DNA of 64,000 nucleotides, taken from contig JASCQW010000122.1 in assembly GCA_030264375.1 (NCBI GenBank), positions 24,402,272 through 24,466,271 of the forward strand, read 5' to 3'. This document shows, one piece after another, positions 36,850 to 50,764 of the stretch. A program made the translations under genes and the position numbers. The stretch comes from Carcharhinus longimanus. Taxonomy: Eukaryota. Position 1 is the first letter of the stretch. The number at the start of each line of letters is the position of its first letter. The notes under the pieces are model-generated. The model made no database searches. It worked only from the letters and a program-made list of their open reading frames with translations, and had not been told where the DNA came from.

Positions 36850-37125
36850 GGGTGGTAGTGGTTAGCACTACTGCCTCAGCGCAAGGGATCTGGGTTGGGT
36901 TTTGGGGTTGGGTCACTGTGCAAGTCTGCATGTTCTCCCTGTCTCTGTGGGTTTCCTCCTGGTGCTCCAAATTTCCTTCCACAGTCCAAAAGACTGGTTA
37001 GGTGCATTGGCCATGCTGAAATCTTCCTCAGTGTACTCAAACAGGCACCAGTGTGTGTGGCAACTGGGGGATTTTCGCAATAATTTCATTGCAGTGTGAA
37101 TGTAACCCTACTTGTAACTAAAACT
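36850..37125 (+). mobile_element. HE1-like V-SINE, tail B
   Basis: gtggttagcactactgcctc...ggattttcgcaataatttcattgcagtgtgaatgtaaccctacttgt. Confidence 0.85.
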
Positions 37126-37669
37126 TTACTCTCAGATGAATGCTTCAGATTTTGAGTTGTGGTGGAGTTTACATTCTGTTGTAGTTTGTCAAATCTAATT
37201 TGCATGCATTTTTTTAATGGCTGCTGAGTTTATTGGAGATTTTGGAGCAGTTGCCCCTGGTTACGTGCCTCGTGGTTTGACTTTTTTATGCATTGAAGAT
37301 GCAGTGTGTTTTGTAGTATCCTGCCCAGGATTATATTAGTACAGCACCTTTTTTAAATGGTAGCAATGTCCCAGATCCAGCCAACGATGCTCAATATTAA
37401 ACATCCTGTTGACTTTCCCTACATTACTGTGGGAAAGCAATGAAAAATCCAGCAAATTTAACTAACTGCTTCAGAACCTTTTTCACACAAACCAGGGTTA
37501 GTGTCAGTTTTTCTTTTTAATACAAAATTATTTGAAAGCCACTGGATCTTTTTCACTGAATCGTGTGTGTGGCAGCTTTAAACACCTGACTGGGTTGTAT
37601 ATAATGTTTTGGACAAGCTTAAGTGCACACAGTCTTCTCTTCACGACATGAAGTAGCATTGAGGAGAAT

Positions 37670-38445
37670 CATAAGAACCTAAGAAGATAAGAAATAGGAG
37701 CAGGAGTAGGCCATCTAGCCCTTTTTGAGCCTGCTCCATCATTCAGGTAAGATCATGGCTGATCAGAAGTGGATCAGTTCCACTTACCCACCTGCTCCCC
37801 ATAACCCTTATTCTCTTGTCTATCAGAAACCTATCCACCCTTGACTTAAAAATATTCAATGAGGTAGTCTCCACCACTTTAATGGGCAGAAAATTCCAGA
37901 GATTTACCACCCTTTGAGTGAAGTTGTTCCTCCTCAACTCTGGTTTAAACTGGCCCCCCCCTTTTTTTTGAGGCGGTGCCTTCTGGTTCTGGTTTCCTTT
38001 CTAAGCAGAAAGAATCTCTCTACCTTTACCCTAGCTAGCCCCTTCGTTATCTCGTAAGTCTCTATAAGATTCGGCCCAGCCCGGCCTTCTAAGCTCTAAC
38101 GAATACAGGCCCAGTCTATTTAATCTCTTATAAGCTAACCCCCTCAACTCTGGTATCAGCCTGGTGCCCCTTCTGTGTACTCCCTCCAAGGCCAATACAT
38201 CCTTTTGCAAATAAGGGGACCAAAACTGCACACAGTACTCCAGTTGTGGTCTCACCAGTGCCTTGTGCAGTTGCAGCAAGACCTACCTGCTTTTATATTC
38301 TATCCCCCTCACAATAAAAGCCAACACTCCAATTGCTGCCTTGATCACCTGCTGCACCTGCAGACTGAGTTTTGGCAATTTGTGCACAAGGACCCCCAGG
38401 TCCCTCTGCACAGGAGCATGCTGCAACTTTTCACCATTTAAATTG
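37670..38445 (-). mobile_element. CR1 LINE 3' part
   Basis: [33 protein letters not shown]; RRNNFTQRVVNLWN; taagaac-type tail. Confidence 0.9.
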
Positions 38446-39269
38446 TGACACTTCGCATTTCAGCTATTGACTATATTGACTGAATGTATTATTGACATCA
38501 GTTTTGGTCCCTGGAATTTCTGTGTTGTCTGATGGGACTACTGGCTGATTTAAAACAAAAAAAAAAATTTTTAACGAGATGTAATTGAGTGGAATGGATT
38601 CAGGGTGATGAATGTTGGAATTGTCAGTTTGTCCCCTTTATGGGAAAAAAAATTATCCCCTGTCAGTCGTCACCGGTGTCCTTGCTCTGATTCTTAAATG
38701 TAAAGATTGCAAACACAAAATTTGATACCCAAAAATGGGCTGGGACATCGGAACATAGAGGAGGAGGCCATTCAGCCCTTCAAGTCTGCTCCACCATTCA
38801 TTCTGATCATCCAACACAATAATCTGATTCTGACGGCATCTGAAAAGTGAGGCCGATGTTTTAGGTGTGATCCCTCTGCCATGCTGTTTAAATATAGGGC
38901 CTCGAATATTCGCCCATCTTTTTTCATCAGAATACTATTTGACTAAATGGCAATGGAGGAGTGCTGTTTTCTGTTTTTATCTTGGCTGTTCTTCCTTTTT
39001 CTTTCTCCTCGGGGTGAGTGCTGTGGAGAAAGCCAGTTGAACTGTAGAAGCAAGCTGGCTGATGATGAACCTGATTCTCAGAATTGGGATGTTGCTGTGC
39101 TGTCTACAAGCTGCACTTCTCCTTGCTGAGATCACTGGCAAAATACACTTCTGTCATCCATTGCCAAAATTCCCAAACAATATCAATTTTTATCACAGGG
39201 AACATTTTTCTGTCTTGATAGATCTGTTAAAGCCTGTACTTGTCAGAGCCAAGACAGCAGCTGCTTGTA

Positions 39270-39925
39270 CCATTTGGATAGCAAATGTTGTCCCCTTGTC
39301 CAAGAAGGAGTAGAGACCCTCCTGAAAATTATAGACCGGTGAGCCTACCTTCTGTTGTGGGCAAAGTTTTGGAAAGGATTAGAAGAAATAGGATTTATTA
39401 TCATCTAGAGAGAAATAATTTGATTAGGGATAGTCAACATGGTTTTGTGAAGGGTAGGTCGTGCCTCACAAACCTATTGAGTTCTTTTGAGAAGGTGACC
39501 AAAGAGGTGGATGAGGGTAAAGCATTTGATGTGGTGTATATGGATTTCACTGAAGCATTTGATAAGGTTCCCCATGGTAAGCTACTGCAGAAAATACAGA
39601 TGTATGAGATTGAGGGTGATTTAGCGGTTTGGATCAGGAATTGGCTAGCTGCAAGAAGAGAGGGTGGTGGTTGATGGGAAATATTCAACCTGGAGTTCAG
39701 TTACAAGTGGTGTACCACAGAGATCTNNNNNNNNNNNNNNNNNNNNNNNNNNNNNNNNNNNNNNNNNNNNNNNNNNNNNNNNNNNNNNNNNNNNNNNNNN
39801 NNNNNNNNNNNNNNNNNNNNNNNNNNGGAATAGTTTAGGTTAGAGGGTCATTAGATTGGTTCCACTGTTCGGCGCAACATCGAGGGCCGAAGGGCCTGTA
39901 CTGTGCTGTAATGTTCTTTGTACTA
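39270..39925 (+). mobile_element. CR1 LINE RT fragment and 3' end (interior lost in an N gap)
   Basis: PENYRPVSLPSVVGKVLE...SQHGFVKGRSCLTNL...VYMDFTEAFDKVPHGKLL. Confidence 0.92.
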
Positions 39926-41011
39926 TTTAATACCCTATTTCGTGTCCTTAATTGATGCCTTAATATGCAACTGCTGCTAGTTACTGAGATGGAGTGGAAC
40001 TTACAGAATGGTTTTGTTATCTGTTTGGAATGCTTGATAAGCCAGTAAGAATCACTGGCTAGTGCCCTAGAGCAGCAATGCTTTGTGGAAGATATGTGAC
40101 TGGTTGTAGTTTTGTTCTGACTCCGCTCTGGCTGAAATCATCAACCTCCATTCCTCAGAATTTGAATGACATTACGCAGGAGGAGACGATTCAGCCCCCC
40201 AGCTGTGTGCTGGTTCTTTCAAACAGCTATCCCATTCTACTCGGCCCTGCAAATTCTCCCCTTCAAAGCACCAGTGCTCCTCTTGCATGACTTTTGGCCG
40301 TGGGAACATGGCTCACGAGCATGTTGAAATGCATTTGCAGTCACACTGAGCCAAGTCCCTGCTGGCTAACATTATCTAACATGGCTATTTCAGTGAACGT
40401 GTTTTGAAGATGTACTTGAGCAATTGTGCCTTAATTATATTACATCACCAGCTGTTAGCAAGGTGCATGTGATGTGTGGTTGTAAATTTTAAGTCGTTCT
40501 CAGTCTCAGTATATGATGTCAAGCTGACCCATTTGAATGGAATGATTCATTGATTTGCCTGTGCTTTGACTGATTCGCATGCAGGCAAAGAACAATGAAG
40601 AATCAGACTAAATTACACACTGTACTCCTGCTTTGTCCTGTGGTGAGAAGATTAGCCAGAATATAATGGAAATTCTACACCAGTTCCAGAAAATGCTGAG
40701 TTAATCCTCTTTTGCAATGGAATTGACAATAAAGAATCCAATAAATAATGGAACAGAAACCTGCTTGTTTGTGTCACACCCTTTGTGTTGAAAGGAATGT
40801 TGGATGTGGACATGTTGGACCAATCAGGAGCAGGAACCTCTGATTGTGCACTGAATTATGTATTGTTTTGACTGGGCATGCCAATCCTGTGCACTCAGTA
40901 ACAATACCACGTGATTGAGCTCATCAAACAGCAGGAGGACCAGAAATCCAGCCAGGGGTTGTCTTGGTCTGTGTGGCTAAGTGATGCACCAAGCAATTAA
41001 TTTGCTGCTAG

Positions 41012-41395
41012 CAGCAGCTCAGTTGATTTGCCCCCTGAGTCAGAAGGTTCTGGGTTCAGATTCTAGTTGGAAAATTGGCTGACACTCCAGTGCAGTACCT
41101 GGGAAGTGTTGGAGATGCTGCCTTTCAGATGTAATGATAAATTAATGCCCTGTCTGCCCTCTTGGGTAGATGTAGAATTGCACTATATTGAAGAGCAGAT
41201 GTGTTGCCAATCTTGTTGACAAAATAATTAAAATATGCTATCCGGTTGTTATAGCATTGCTGTTTGTGGGAGATTGATGCGCTCAAATTGCCTGTGGCAT
41301 TTCCTGCATTGCAACATTGACTACACTTTGGCCGTGAAGCATTCTGAAATATCCTGAAGTGTTGTAAAGTGCAATATAAATGCAGATCGATCTTT
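41012..41395 (+). mobile_element. DeuSINE (SacSINE1/AmnSINE1-like)
   Basis: ctgagtcagaaggtt head, gctgacactccagtgcagtac, gatgctgcctttcagatg, cattgctgtttgtgggag, tataaatgcag tail. Confidence 0.7.
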
Positions 41396-41599
41396 AAGGT
41401 GTTGAAAAATCAAAAGATACAAGGGCAATGTGTGTTTTGTTTTGATTAGGGAAAAGGGGCAGAGCCTGCAAGGTGCCAAAACAATTCTCTTCGCCATGGG
41501 TAAGAGTGCTGGCTCTGTTAGTATTCATGAAAGCAAAGTGCTGGTATTACTTCCTTTTGATGACAATCATTTTTCAGTGTTTGTTTGTTTTGGCAACCA

Positions 41600-41990
41600 G
41601 TTACTGCTGCTGAATAATTTTTAAGGAGATTAAATTTTTCAATGCACTTGATCTAAATTTCCGGATGTGTAAATACACTCCATCTATGCCAGCAATAGAC
41701 AACTGAAAACCAGTTTGATTGTAAGAAGCATTGGACACTCATAGATGCTAATGCCTTCATGTCGTTAAGGGTCAGTGCATTTATCTTACTATGGCAATGC
41801 GTTCTCTTGCATGACAAAAAAAGCAGAAGCTCTCTCCAACTGCAGGAACTTTCATTAAATGGCTGCACCTTAAATATCAAAAATCATCCCATGACACTGA
41901 ATGGAAGCATTATCCTCAGTCCCTTTTAATTGCTTTATTTTTGAATATAAATTTGGTTATTTTAATGGTGTAATAATGGTTACCAAGAGG
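41600..41990. promoter_or_regulatory. Candidate conserved non-coding element
   Basis: Repeat-free AT-rich island with TGTAAATA, TGATTG, CATTAAATGG and TTAATTG motifs; conservation not tested. Confidence 0.25.
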
Positions 41991-42099
41991 CATGATGACC
42001 ATCATGGGGTTGGATGTGTAGGAGCTTGCATCCTTTCTCCATTATAATCAAATACCTTGGTGTAAGTTTTTTTAATTGTGACATTCCTAAGTGTGGCTC

Positions 42100-42950
42100 T
42101 TATCAAAGAATAACCTGCCCCCATGTTTGAGACAAAGCTCAAGAAGGGAGACTTGACGACTATCTACAGCCTTGGACACATTTAACCACACTACACTCTT
42201 CCAACACCCCTCCTGCTGTCTGGCTGGATGTGACCACATTCTCCTGGTTCTGTTCTTGTCTATCTAATCATACCAGAAGTTGACTGCAATATCTTGTCTC
42301 CCTGCTGTTATACCAATTCCCCTTGCGTCCTCTGACAGCTTCTCTTTCACTGACCTCTTTGATCAAATGTTTCCCCTCAATGAAATCATCTGAAGGCAGT
42401 GTTAACTTGCTTGCTGAGAACACCTAGCTCTATCTCACCATCTCACTTTTGTAACCCCCTCCACTGTTTCTCAGGCTGCTTGTCCAGCCTTCCATATTGG
42501 GCAAATAGACATTTCTGGCAACAGGAAGATTGGAAAACCTGAAGTTGTTTCCAGCTGGAGCCAAGGATGACACTAACCCTCAGCCACTGAGTTTGTCCCT
42601 CTCCCTGACACACTTGACTGAATTTGAACCAGTTTGTTAACAACTGTGTTTCAGATTTGGTCTGCAGTTGAGATTCCAACTGTGTGTTCCTGGCTGGCCT
42701 CCCACATTCTATCCTCTAAACGCAAACTCTGCTTTTGTCCTAACTCTCAAGTCCTGTTTACTCCCATGCTTATTGACCCGTATTGACTCCAGTTAAGCAA
42801 TGCCTTGATTTTAAAGATCTCATACTCCTATTCAAATCACTCTATGACCTTGTCTCCCTCCATCTCTATAATCGCCTCAAGCCTTCAACCGATGGTTTTC
42901 AATTCTAGACGCTTACACATCCTTAGTTTTGCTGATGCTGCTCATATTGA
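42100..42950 (+). mobile_element. Old L2 LINE fragment
   Basis: ggctgcttgtccagc, cctggctggcctccc, ccagttaagcaatgccttgattttaaa (LPV.QR.DFK-like). Confidence 0.6.
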
Positions 42951-43634
42951 ACTTTGGCTCGAGGCTGAGGCCATGGTGGGAGTGGTGTGAAAAATTAGAG
43001 GAACAAGTGGTCAGAAACTCAGGGTCACACTTCCAAATTGAATGGAGTTATTCCACAAAGCAGTCACTCAGTCTACATTTGGGTTTAAAGCACAGATTGC
43101 ATTGTGAGCAGCAAGTTTAGTCAACTTAGTGGTAAGAAGTGTTCAATGAATTGCTGTTTCACTTGAAAGGAATATTTGGGGCCTTGGATGGTAGGCAGGG
43201 AAAAGGTGAAAAGGCTGATGTTGCACCTTCGCGGTTGTATGGGGGAAGTGTGTGGGTGGGGTTCTGAGGCAGGTGATGGAGGATGGACCAGCAGGAATGG
43301 TCCCTTTGGATTTGGGAAGGCATGGAAAGCTGTTTGGAAATGGATGATCCAAGTATGAAGGCTGGCAGTGTAGAAGCTGAGAGCAGGGCCAACTATCCAG
43401 GTTTGTGGGGTGAGGTGGAGAAGTGGTCGAGTTGGGCATTATGGATAATGAGGATGAGAGCTGCATTAAGAATGTGAAGTAGATTGAAAATGGCTTAGGG
43501 CCCAGTCCATCATTGTGGAGGAGCAGGTAGTTGGTGAGGAACCTTTTGGCTGAAACTCATTGGAAGCACTGGTGTCATGGGAGCAGATGGAAAGGAGTAA
43601 CTCACTGAGTAGGATAATACTTCGAAGTGGGATA

Positions 43635-44303
43635 GAACCAAGAACAAGAAAAGGTACTGCATTGGAACAGACCCTTCAGCTCTCCAGTCATATGTCGATT
43701 GTGATGCCCCAACTAAACCATTTAAAAAAAACTTCCTGCCCTGACTTGGATTGTGTCCCCCTCTTCCCTCCATGCTGTGCCTATCCAGATGTCCCTTTTA
43801 AATGTTGCTAATATGCCTGTTTCCACTGTCACCTCTGGCAGTGCATTCCAGGTACCCACCACCCTCTCCATGTAAAACATCCCCCGCATATCTTTCTCAA
43901 ACTTCCCCTTCTCTCCTTGAGCTTGTGTCCCCTTGTAATTGAAACTTCCACCCTGGGGGAAAAAACTTATTCTGCTTGATCAGTTAATTGTTCAGAATTA
44001 TTTAATGAGCTCTAATTCACAATGAACTATTGCATGTGATATACATATTTGAATATTTCTCCTAATTTATGCACACTGTCTCTGCCCCTTGTAATTTTTG
44101 TAGACCTCCATCACATCTCCCCTCAATCTCCATCTTTCCAGTGAAGATAATCCCAGTCTATTTGCTCTCTTAGAGCCAATGCCCTCGAGACCAGCCAGCA
44201 TCCTGGTGAATCATCTTTGCACTCTGTCCAAAGCTTCCATGTCCTTTTGAGCATGTGGCGACCCAAACGGCGTGTGATAAATACTCCAAATGCAGCCTAA
44301 CCA
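43635..44303 (-). mobile_element. CR1 LINE 3' part nested in the PLE
   Basis: FGSPHAQKDMEALDRVQR; ggaacagacccttcagc tail. Confidence 0.8.
43965..44066 (+). repeat. About 102-bp near-identical copy of 45774-45881
   Basis: acttattctgcttgatcagttaattgttcagaattatttaatgagc...tttgaatatttctcctaat in both; few substitutions and two small indels. Confidence 0.95.
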
Positions 44304-46164
44304 AGGATGGTAGGAAGTGTAATTGTCTGAGTTACCTGGCTTGTGGTAGATATGAGGTGAAAGCCTAACCCCAGACTGGAGGTTGAGAAGTAGGGGAGGC
44401 AAAGGGCCGGAAAGGAGCCATGTGAAGTTGCAAAGTTTGTCATTGCAACATAAGATTTTCCAGTTTGGGGTAATGGTGCAAAACTGCCTGGATACAGTCA
44501 ATATACCAGAAAAAGAGGAATCTGACTAAGAATGGAACAGGGAACGTTTGACAGATCTCTGAAGCAGTATACGTAATTAGCACCCATAGAAACACCCTTT
44601 ACTTTAGAGGAAGTGAGTGGTGTCAAAGAAGAAGCTGGTCAACACGAGAACTAGGTGAACCAACCAGGCAACTGATTGTGATTGTGGGGGGCTAGTTGGT
44701 AGAAGGGGAGATCCCTCAGGTCGGCCTAGTGGGAATTGAGATTGGAAACTTCTCTGGAAACCAGAAATAGTTCAAATGTAGAAGGTGTTAAGATTGTGGG
44801 TGTAAAGTCAGTAGGGTGGAAATGGACATGAAGGAAGAGCTTGCCAATAGGAAAAGATTTGTGGGGCACTTTCAAACTTGTGGATCTTGGAAAGAAGGCA
44901 AAAGTGCGGTAAGATTGGAGGTGGTGGACGGTAAGATCTCCAGAGACCATGAGATCTGTAACAGTCTTAAACAATGGATTGATGTTGGGTGGTAGGGTTA
45001 TGCCCCAGGGGGAGATGGGAGGTGGTGTCAGACTTGGGACTTGTTGGAGATCAGTTCACCAATTATTTGTGCTATACTCATCTAGTTTCAGGGCCATACT
45101 CTGGTTGGGCCTGAGAAAATGGAATGCCAGAGGTTCAGAGGGGAATTGGTTGTTGCGAGTGAGGGGAACAGAGAAATTGAAATGCAGTGTCATGTCAGCA
45201 ATTTTAATATTAGAATAGCAAGTGAGTTAGAGATCAGAGGGAGGGTTCCAGAGAGTGGCTGTGCTGTGTGGGATGGGAGGGAGAAGATTGCTGGCTGAAG
45301 ATGCAAGCATGGAGGAAAAGCTTAGCATCATGTTGAGCTCACAATTTATGGAAATGGGTGTGCAAAGTGGTGAAGTTGAGACCTTGGACTGATTGGAGTC
45401 AGTTCGGATAGCAAAATCTCATTGCTCAGTTGTACAGGTGCCTATCATTTCTAAGCTATAGCGATCAGTCAGTTATTGTTCAGAAAACATCCGAGATCAG
45501 CTTATAACTGATTTCCTTTGGGTGGAGAGCCCATTGTGGGTTAGTTAGTGGCATCATAAAAGGCTTTTGTCTGCACACAGGCCTTTCTCTCTGATTTTAC
45601 GTTGTTTATATTTGCAATGCAAATTGCTTGCAGCTGTTCAGCTTCTGTATGACTGAAAGAGTGACCCAATGAGAGGGCTGCGATTGCCACATGTGGCATC
45701 TTTTTAATTGGACATCTAATAATTAAGCATAAATCCTCAATGCTGACTTAAGTCATGTACTACTGTGAAAGGCACTTATTCTGCTTGATCAGTTAATTGT
45801 TCAGAATTATTTAATGAGCCCTAATTCACAATGACTGAACTATTGCATCTGATGTACATATATTTGAATATTTCTCCTAATAATTTAGATCCACTGTCAC
45901 ATTTTACGATTTCCTTCATATTGTAATGTCACTTCTAGCTCACTGATTTATCATTTTGCTATCATTCAATTTCTTTAAAGTATTTACTTGTTCATTAGAA
46001 TTGTTTTATTACTTTTTCTGTGATCTTTAGTTTGCGAGTCTTATAAAAATGCAGGTTACTGTTATGACCTCAACAGAGTAACTTGTTCTACTCCCGAAGG
46101 GGGTTTCAACAGGAGTAACAGAAAACCTCATGAGAAGACATTAGAACAGATGACCCAAGGGCTT

Positions 46165-47160
46165 AAACATAAATATAGAAACTAGACACCAGGAGTAGGC
46201 CATTCAGCCCTTTGTGCCTGCTCTGCCATTCATTTTGATCATGGCTGATCATATTTAATATTAAGGCTTCAGTACACTTGTGAACTTAAAAATTAGATGC
46301 AGGAATAGGCCATTAGGCCAGTTGTAACCTCAACTCCAGTTCCTTCCTATTTTGACCTTTTGACTCCCTTGATGATCAAGCATCTTTCAACTTGTGCCAT
46401 GCTTCTGTTGCCTTTTGAGGAAGTGTGCCAAAAACACCATTGAGTATCTCTCATCTTTCCTAAATGGACCAGCCCTTTATTTTTAAACCGCAGCCCCTAG
46501 AAGAGGAAACATTCTCTCCACATTGACCCAGTCAAGACTCCTCAGCATCTTGCATGTTTCAATTAGGAAAGTGTAATGAAGCCTTGTATTGACATGAAAT
46601 AGCATCCCAGACTAATTGGTCAGTCACCACATGACTATCACTGGAAACCCTGTTTTTTAACAAGTTGCTGTAAAGGAATGTGTGCATGGAGTCATGAATG
46701 AGTGGTGGCTGAAACCAAACTGGGGAATAAGGCACAAGATGAGGAAGGCCATGACCCAACTATTCCAATGCATTGCTGGCCTGCCTCCATGTTTGCCTTT
46801 TGCAATTTATGCACTCAGGCCCCTGTTCCTTTGGCATCTAAATTCTGCAATCTCATCACTTGAATATTTATGCTTTTTAATTTTCCTGCCAAACGGACAA
46901 TTTCAAACTTTCACACATTCTCTTTAATTAGGCAGATCTTTGTCCACTTGCTTAACCTATCTCCATCCCTTTGTAGCTTCTTTGCATCCTCTTCACATCT
47001 TATTATCCTACCTATCTTTGCTTTATTAGCTAAGCAACCATGTATCCGGTTCCTTCTCTCAAGTTGTTGATGTAAATTGGTAAGGAGTCGATGCTCTTGC
47101 AGTGATCCCTGTAGCATACCACTAAGATCATACCAACCAGAACATGACCCATTTATGCCT
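46165..47160 (-). mobile_element. CR1 fragments (two 3' tails and an RT piece)
   Basis: aggagtaggccattcagccc tails; AKIGRIIRCEEDAKKLQRDGDRLSKW. Confidence 0.7.
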
Positions 47161-48108
47161 ATGAATTTCCAGCTAAACAGTTCACCTAACCATGGCTCAA
47201 ATTTACTGACACTTATTTTGCCTGTTTAATGGCTAAATGTGCTGAATGATGTGATGAGAGTTGTAGAATTCTGAAGGCAGTTTTCTAAAACTTGATGTGT
47301 GGTTGCTACCTGTGGATTGAAGCACTGTTAGGACTTTTGAGGTGGAAAAAATTGTGACATCTTCAGAACCAATTTGAAAGAATCCAGCAAGTAAAAGCAA
47401 TGGCTTGGCAACTCATAGAACACCTTAGATTTCAAGATTTAATAGGATTGTCAAATGAGGGCAAGATAGTGGATATTGTGCTTTGATTTTCAGAGGGCAT
47501 TAATACCTCGTGTTCTGGGAAGGTGTAAGCTTTGGACATCTTTATGAATTAGTGAGGAACTTAGGGACATTTTCAATATCTTAAACCCTGGTTAAAAAAT
47601 ATGTCCCCAGGATCAAAGATTTGAGGGTTGCCGAACCATAACTTTGCACTGATTTCACAACAGAGCAGTGCATGAAGGCTCAAAGTCTACCTCAGCCAGA
47701 AAGGGAATCAAATCTTGCATTGTTGATGTTGCTTAGAACGATATGCTGAGCTGCCGAACCAACTGGGCTAACTCACTGTTAGAGCTAAGACTGCTTGAGG
47801 ATGCTATTAAATGAAGTGTGCAGCAGAATGGTAACCTGAACCCATTGAATGACTGAACACTGAAGAATTTGTGAAATAAATAACAGCCTTGCTCCAGAGT
47901 GATGGACCTGTAAGAATCTGGATCAATGAGTATCTAATCAACTCCCCAGTATGTAATTCCTACCCCATTACAATGGCTGTACCTGTATATCCAAGGCTTG
48001 AAATAAGGGTAAGGGAATGATAGTTTATGATGAGTGAATGAGATGAGCTCTGCAAAAATTCATCATCGCAGCAACAAAAAACATCCTAAATTCATGCTGA
48101 TTTGAGAT

Positions 48109-48133
48109 TGACTGACTGACTGACTGACTGACT
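48109..48133. repeat. (TGAC)6 microsatellite
   Basis: Seen directly. Confidence 0.9.
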
Positions 48134-49109
48134 AGGTGTTTTCTGTGCAAGAAAGCAACACTGTCTAATATGTCAGAAACTTGTATGGCAAATGTTTTTA
48201 TTTGAAGGCTTCCCCCTTGCAGTCCCATTCTGCTACACATTGGTTGAAAATCTCACTACCAGCAGCAGTGGATAGCAAGAAAGCTTGTGGAAAGGAATAA
48301 ATATTAGTCAGTGGAGAAATCTCCAAATGTCATCTACTTCATAGATTTAAGGTCACCTTTATCATTCAGGCTTCTAGTCAGAGTGCTGAAAACTGAGCTT
48401 CTGATCCATAGCAATGTGATTTAGACGAGGCAGGATGGGGATTCAAAATGAGTCGAGTAGAATGATTCTTCATTGCTTGCCTATTTATAAATTTACACTG
48501 TAGCACAGTATATGAAATAATTGCAGTGGATTCTCTAATACAAGTCTGCTGCTTGGGTGTGTAAGCAAACTAACTGCTGTGTTTTACATCGAGCAAGGGA
48601 GCTATTTTGTCTGGCCAGAAGACCTGTTCAAGAGCAGGTTTTTCATTTATTTCTGTTGTAGTGGAATTGATGAGTTTATTGGTCATGCTATCTTTCACCT
48701 CCCTTTTTTAAATTGATCTGTGCGGTGTGTGTGATTCCTCAGTGGCATTCCTGTGATGGAACCGGAGCTTTCAAAGCACTGATGCCTAGGCACAGGCATG
48801 TTTTGGAACCAGCTCCCTCATAAATTATGTGGGCAGCACAGCAGATTCCCTTAACCCCATGGGTCACTTAATAATTGCTAAATGCTTGTGAATACTGTTT
48901 CTTTGAAGTTGCTCTTTTGGTTTGCTGTGATTATAATACCTTGTGGCATAGTGCATGTTTTCAGCCCCAGTGTTCAGCATCACGTACCTTAGCTCTTGCC
49001 TCAGAGCCCTGAATAGATGCTCTCAAACTGGTTATGTCATGTGACAAGCTTGGCATCGAATTCTGATTTGGGCTTTTTTTTTGAAAGAAAACCAACTGAA
49101 GGCAGAGTA

Positions 49110-50030
49110 ATAGGAACATAGGACTGAGGCCATTTTTTACCTTTGAACCTGTTCTGTCATTCAATAAGGTCATGACTGATGTAATTGCAGTATGGACTTC
49201 TGAAAGTCTTTCATGACCCTTGAATCTCTTGCCTCTGAAAAATCGAACTCTCCTTGAGCACTTCTCTTTTAGAGCAGTGAAGGCTGATGGGAGACCTGAT
49301 TGAAGTGTATAAAGATGTGCAGATTAGTCATGCTAAATTGATTCTAGTGTCAGGGGATTAGCAGGGTAAATAAGTGGGGTTATGGGGAAAAGGCCTGTAC
49401 AAGATCGTCAGTGCAGACTTAATGGGCTAAATGGCCATCTTCTGCATTGCAGGGATTGTATGATTCTAATACTGAGGGATATGGGTGGGAAGCAACTGTG
49501 TCCCATGGTTGAGGGGCATAATTGTAATGTGTGAGGCAGGCAGTTTAGNNNNNNNNNNNNNNNNNNNNNNNNNNNNNNNNNNNNNNNNNNNNNNNNNNNN
49601 NNNNNNNNNNNNNNNNNNNNNNNNNNNNNNNNNNNNNNNNNNNNNNNNGAGATTTGAGTAAACACTTTTTTTCACCAAGAAGGTAGTGGGAGTTTGGAAT
49701 GCATTGCCTGAGGGTAGTACACCCACCCTTAACTTAAACAACACATGGAAGAACACTAGATGGTCATGCCATTCAAGGCAATGGGCCAAGTGCTGGAAAT
49801 TGGGATTAGTGTAGTTCTGTCAGTTACAGAATTGATGGGGCTGAAGGGCCTCTATTGTGTGACTCTAAATTCAATAACCCAACCTCTAACGCTTTCTGGG
49901 GGATGAGAATTCCACAGATTAACAACCTGGAGTTCCTCCTCCTCTGCCTTAAAAGGGAGACTTTTTTCTCAGACTGTCCTTGGCTCTAGTCTAGAGGAAA
50001 CTTTCCTCTGGCATCCATCCTGTCAGCCCC
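49110..50030. mobile_element. Nested cluster: minus CR1 end interrupted by a plus CR1 end (49255-49865) that contains an HE1-like SINE 3' half (49312-49466)
   Basis: taggaacatagga tail; ttcaccaagaaggtagtgggagtttggaatgcattgcctgag; tagtcatgctaaattg...gcagacttaatgggc. Confidence 0.65.
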
Positions 50031-50764
50031 TTGGTGGTCTCTATTGCAGTGGAAGAGAGGTGAAGGGAATGAGTTTTAGCTGTGGAAAAATGTCAGTCAG
50101 GTTACTGAGCATTTTGTCTTGTCAAATAGTGCAATGGGAGATTTCATCCTGAGCTTTGCGAATGCTGCAATCCTTCGGTGCCACATTGAAGGTCTAGATT
50201 ATGCGCTCAAACTCTGAGCGGGAAGGTGAACCTGTACCCCTGTGACTGATAGAAACCGAAAAACGAAAGAGCTTTGAGAAAGGACGCTGAAGTTTCATCG
50301 CCTGAAGGTGCAAACTGATTTATGTTAACAAATTGTGTTAAATAACCAGCGTGGCAGGCCTGGAATAGTCTCTGTGGATAATACTTGCACCCATAGAGTT
50401 AAAACCATTTGGTTCTCTGTGTCTATACTGCCCCTTGAACCCTAATGGATTCCACTTATTTCATTTGCCACAGTCCTGTTAATGTTTCAGTTTTCAAATG
50501 TTTCCCATTCTCTTTCAAAAATCACTATGGAATCTGTATCCACCACCCTTTTGAAGTTGCTGTCTCTTCAGGGGTGTGGCGGTGTGTGGTTAATTTAGCC
50601 TACTTGTGATCCAGAAAACGCAACTAAAAATCCAAAGACAAGTTCAAATTCTACCAGATCCTTTTCAAACGAAAGTGAAATTTAAGAAATAAACTTAGCT
50701 CCCCTGGTCTACTGCATTTTAGTTTATATGCAGGCTTGCATGGACATCAGTTGTATTTGTGTAA

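Larger units (their letters stand above)
42965..45400 (-). mobile_element. Long degenerate Penelope-like element (RT + GIY-YIG) split by a CR1
   Basis: Minus-strand TVTDLMVSGDL, NFTW...LSPHIYHKP...YTSYHP, and a linker/GIY-YIG region at 43050-43250 homologous to 34040-34155. Confidence 0.65.
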
